The notes beneath the pieces are model-generated. The model ran no database searches, was not told where the DNA came from, and worked only from the letters and a program-made list of their open reading frames with translations. DNA of 58,903 nucleotides from Anaerolineales bacterium. Lineage in GTDB: Bacteria; Chloroflexota; Anaerolineae; Anaerolineales; UBA11858. The translations under genes and the position numbers were made by a program. The stretch is taken from positions 1 to 58,903 of the forward strand of contig JAGXKM010000004.1 in the NCBI GenBank assembly GCA_018335275.1, written 5' to 3'. The first letter of the stretch is position 1. Each line of letters starts with the position of its first letter. Below, piece after piece: positions 57,522-58,903 of this stretch.

Positions 57522-58274
57522 ATGAGTGAATGGATCGTGGGTCGGAATCCGGTTTTCGAAACTCTCCGCGCAGGGCGGAGGCAGTTCCATCAACTCCAGG
57601 TGGCCCGGGGAATGGAGGAAAATGACAGGGTGCGGGACGTGTTCCGGCTCGCTTCGGAGCGGGACCTATCCCCACTCCGGGTGGACAAAAAGGCATTAAA
57701 TCAGCGCGGGGAGAACCACCAGGGTTTGGCTTTGCAGGTGGGTGATTACCCTTATGTGGGGGTTGATGACATTCTCGCCCGGGCTGAAGCCAGGGAAGAA
57801 CCCCTGCTGGTGCTCCTGCTTGATGTGCTGAAGGATCCCCAAAATGTGGGCACCTTGATCCGCACCGCTGAGGCGGTTGGAGTGCATGGTGTCGTGCTCC
57901 CTTACCGCCGGACAGCAACCATCACCCCCGCAGTGGTGAGTGCCTCCTCAGGCGCCTGTGAACACATGTTGGTCACACAGGCGAATCTGGCCCAAACCAT
58001 CAGCTTATTAAAAGAAGAGGGCGCCTGGGTTGTGGGCTTGGAGGGTACGGAAGGGGCCCAGACGCCCGATGAGATCGATCTCACCGGGGACATCGCGGTT
58101 GTGGTGGGCAGCGAGGGCAGCGGCATGCGTCGGTTGGTCAATTCGTCCTGCGATTTTTTGATGGCTTTACCGATGCGCGGGAAGATTGATTCCTTGAACG
58201 CATCCGTGGCTGGTTCCATCGCGCTGTATTTGGTCTGGGAAGCGCGCAGCTATCTGGGTGGGCGTAAATTTTGA
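57522..58274 (+). CDS. rlmB: 23S rRNA (Gm2251) 2'-O-methyltransferase, SPOUT family
   Basis: GRNPV, NHQG, DPQNVG..RTAE, GSEGSG, SLNASVA. Confidence 0.92.
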   Translation: MSEWIVGRNPVFETLRAGRRQFHQLQVARGMEENDRVRDVFRLASERDLSPLRVDKKALNQRGENHQGLALQVGDYPYVGVDDILARAEAREEPLLVLLLDVLKDPQNVGTLIRTAEAVGVHGVVLPYRRTATITPAVVSASSGACEHMLVTQANLAQTISLLKEEGAWVVGLEGTEGAQTPDEIDLTGDIAVVVGSEGSGMRRLVNSSCDFLMALPMRGKIDSLNASVAGSIALYLVWEARSYLGGRKF

Positions 58275-58279
58275 AAGTA

Positions 58280-58369
58280 TTGACGGTTGCAGGGTTAACT
58301 GATAGACTTATTCATTGTCGATGGCGCTTGACCTATATCCTTGCAGTGGCTTGGTGGTTCTGTTATAAT
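58280..58369 (+). promoter_or_regulatory. Tandem sigma70 promoters for the tRNA-tuf operon
   Basis: TTGACG-N17-TAGACT (58280-58308) and TTGCAG-N17-TATAAT (58341-58369). Confidence 0.7.
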
Positions 58370-58404
58370 GCCAGCGCTTCGGTAATGTTGGATTTTAAGC
58401 TTAT

Positions 58405-58478
58405 GCCGACGTAGCTCAACCCGGCAGAGCAGCCGCCTTGTAAGCGGCAGGTTACGGGTTCAAGTCCCGTCGTCGGCT
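58405..58478 (+). tRNA. tRNA-Thr(TGT)
   Basis: Cloverleaf, anticodon loop CTTGTAA, T-arm GGTTCAAGTCC. Confidence 0.95.
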
Positions 58479-58519
58479 TCTGACATTTGCGTGGCATGGC
58501 TTGAGCGAGCGACATATCT

Positions 58520-58602
58520 GGGCGGTTACCGAAGTGGCCAAACGGGGCTGACTGTAAATCAGCTGGCATACGCCTTCGGAGGTTCGAATCCTTCACCGCC
58601 CA
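58520..58602 (+). tRNA. tRNA-Tyr(GTA)
   Basis: Anticodon loop CTGTAAA, long variable arm, GGTTCGAATCC. Confidence 0.95.
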
Positions 58603-58663
58603 CTTTTACCTTGCTGGCTGGCATAGAGTATGAGTCAGCACACAGGTACATTAAAAAGAGCCA

Positions 58664-58735
58664 GCCCTCGTAGCTCAGGGGTAGAGCGCATTCTTGGTAA
58701 GAATGAGGTCATGGGTTCAAATCCCATCGGGGGCT
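58664..58735 (+). tRNA. tRNA-Thr(GGT)
   Basis: Anticodon loop TTGGTAA, GGTTCAAATCC. Confidence 0.95.
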
Positions 58736-58788
58736 CTGTTATTGGCTGAGATAATCCTCTTGAATGACGCATTTAAAGGAGAGCACTT

Positions 58789-58903
58789 ATGGCGAAAGAG
58801 AAATTTGAACGAACGAAACCGCACTTGAACGTAGGGACGATCGGGCACATCGATCACGGGAAGACGACGTTGACAGCGGCGATCACGAAAGTGTCGAGCA
58901 TGC
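58789..58903 (+). CDS. tuf: Elongation factor Tu (3'-truncated by window edge)
   Basis: AAGGAG RBS; [34 protein letters not shown]. Confidence 0.97.
   Translation, partial: MAKEKFERTKPHLNVGTIGHIDHGKTTLTAAITKVSSM

Noticed and set aside
1-58903. CRISPR array, IS/transposase, integrase or prophage genes
   Set aside because: No regularly spaced repeat-spacer units and no ORF with transposase, recombinase or phage structural motifs were seen

Overview
A 58.9-kb chromosomal segment, most likely from an Anaerolineae-like Chloroflexota bacterium. This is an inference from the T-box-regulated pheST, a secretin-less Tad locus, many Pro/Thr-linker exported proteins and a Thr-Tyr-Thr-tuf cluster. Most of it is housekeeping: nfo-like, UDG, PrsA/SurA-like PPIase, pheST, ugd, hutU, a tandem-duplicated eukaryote-type PFK, dnaE, ogt, hom, rarA, a P-type ATPase, a Tad pilus operon, uvrC, xseA, clpB, slyD, pncC, menG/ubiE, an MFS transporter, PIN-TRAM, cysS, rlmB, 4 tRNAs and the start of tuf. 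I saw no CRISPR array, IS or prophage. The most interesting signals are: (1) a three-gene cassette at 24.2-27.6 kb with two secreted paralogs that share an ~88% identical N-terminal half (including a very cationic Trp-containing segment), then switch abruptly to divergent Cys-rich C-terminal halves, preceded by a coupled acidic membrane-anchored gene; (2) a hidden selenoprotein (in-frame UGA plus SECIS-like hairpin) at 20941-21354; (3) a candidate anti-Shine-Dalgarno small RNA with 11-bp phased upstream repeats between dnaE and ogt; (4) apparently leaderless DNA-repair genes; and (5) two microproteins. All functional calls come from motif recognition by eye; no database search was run.
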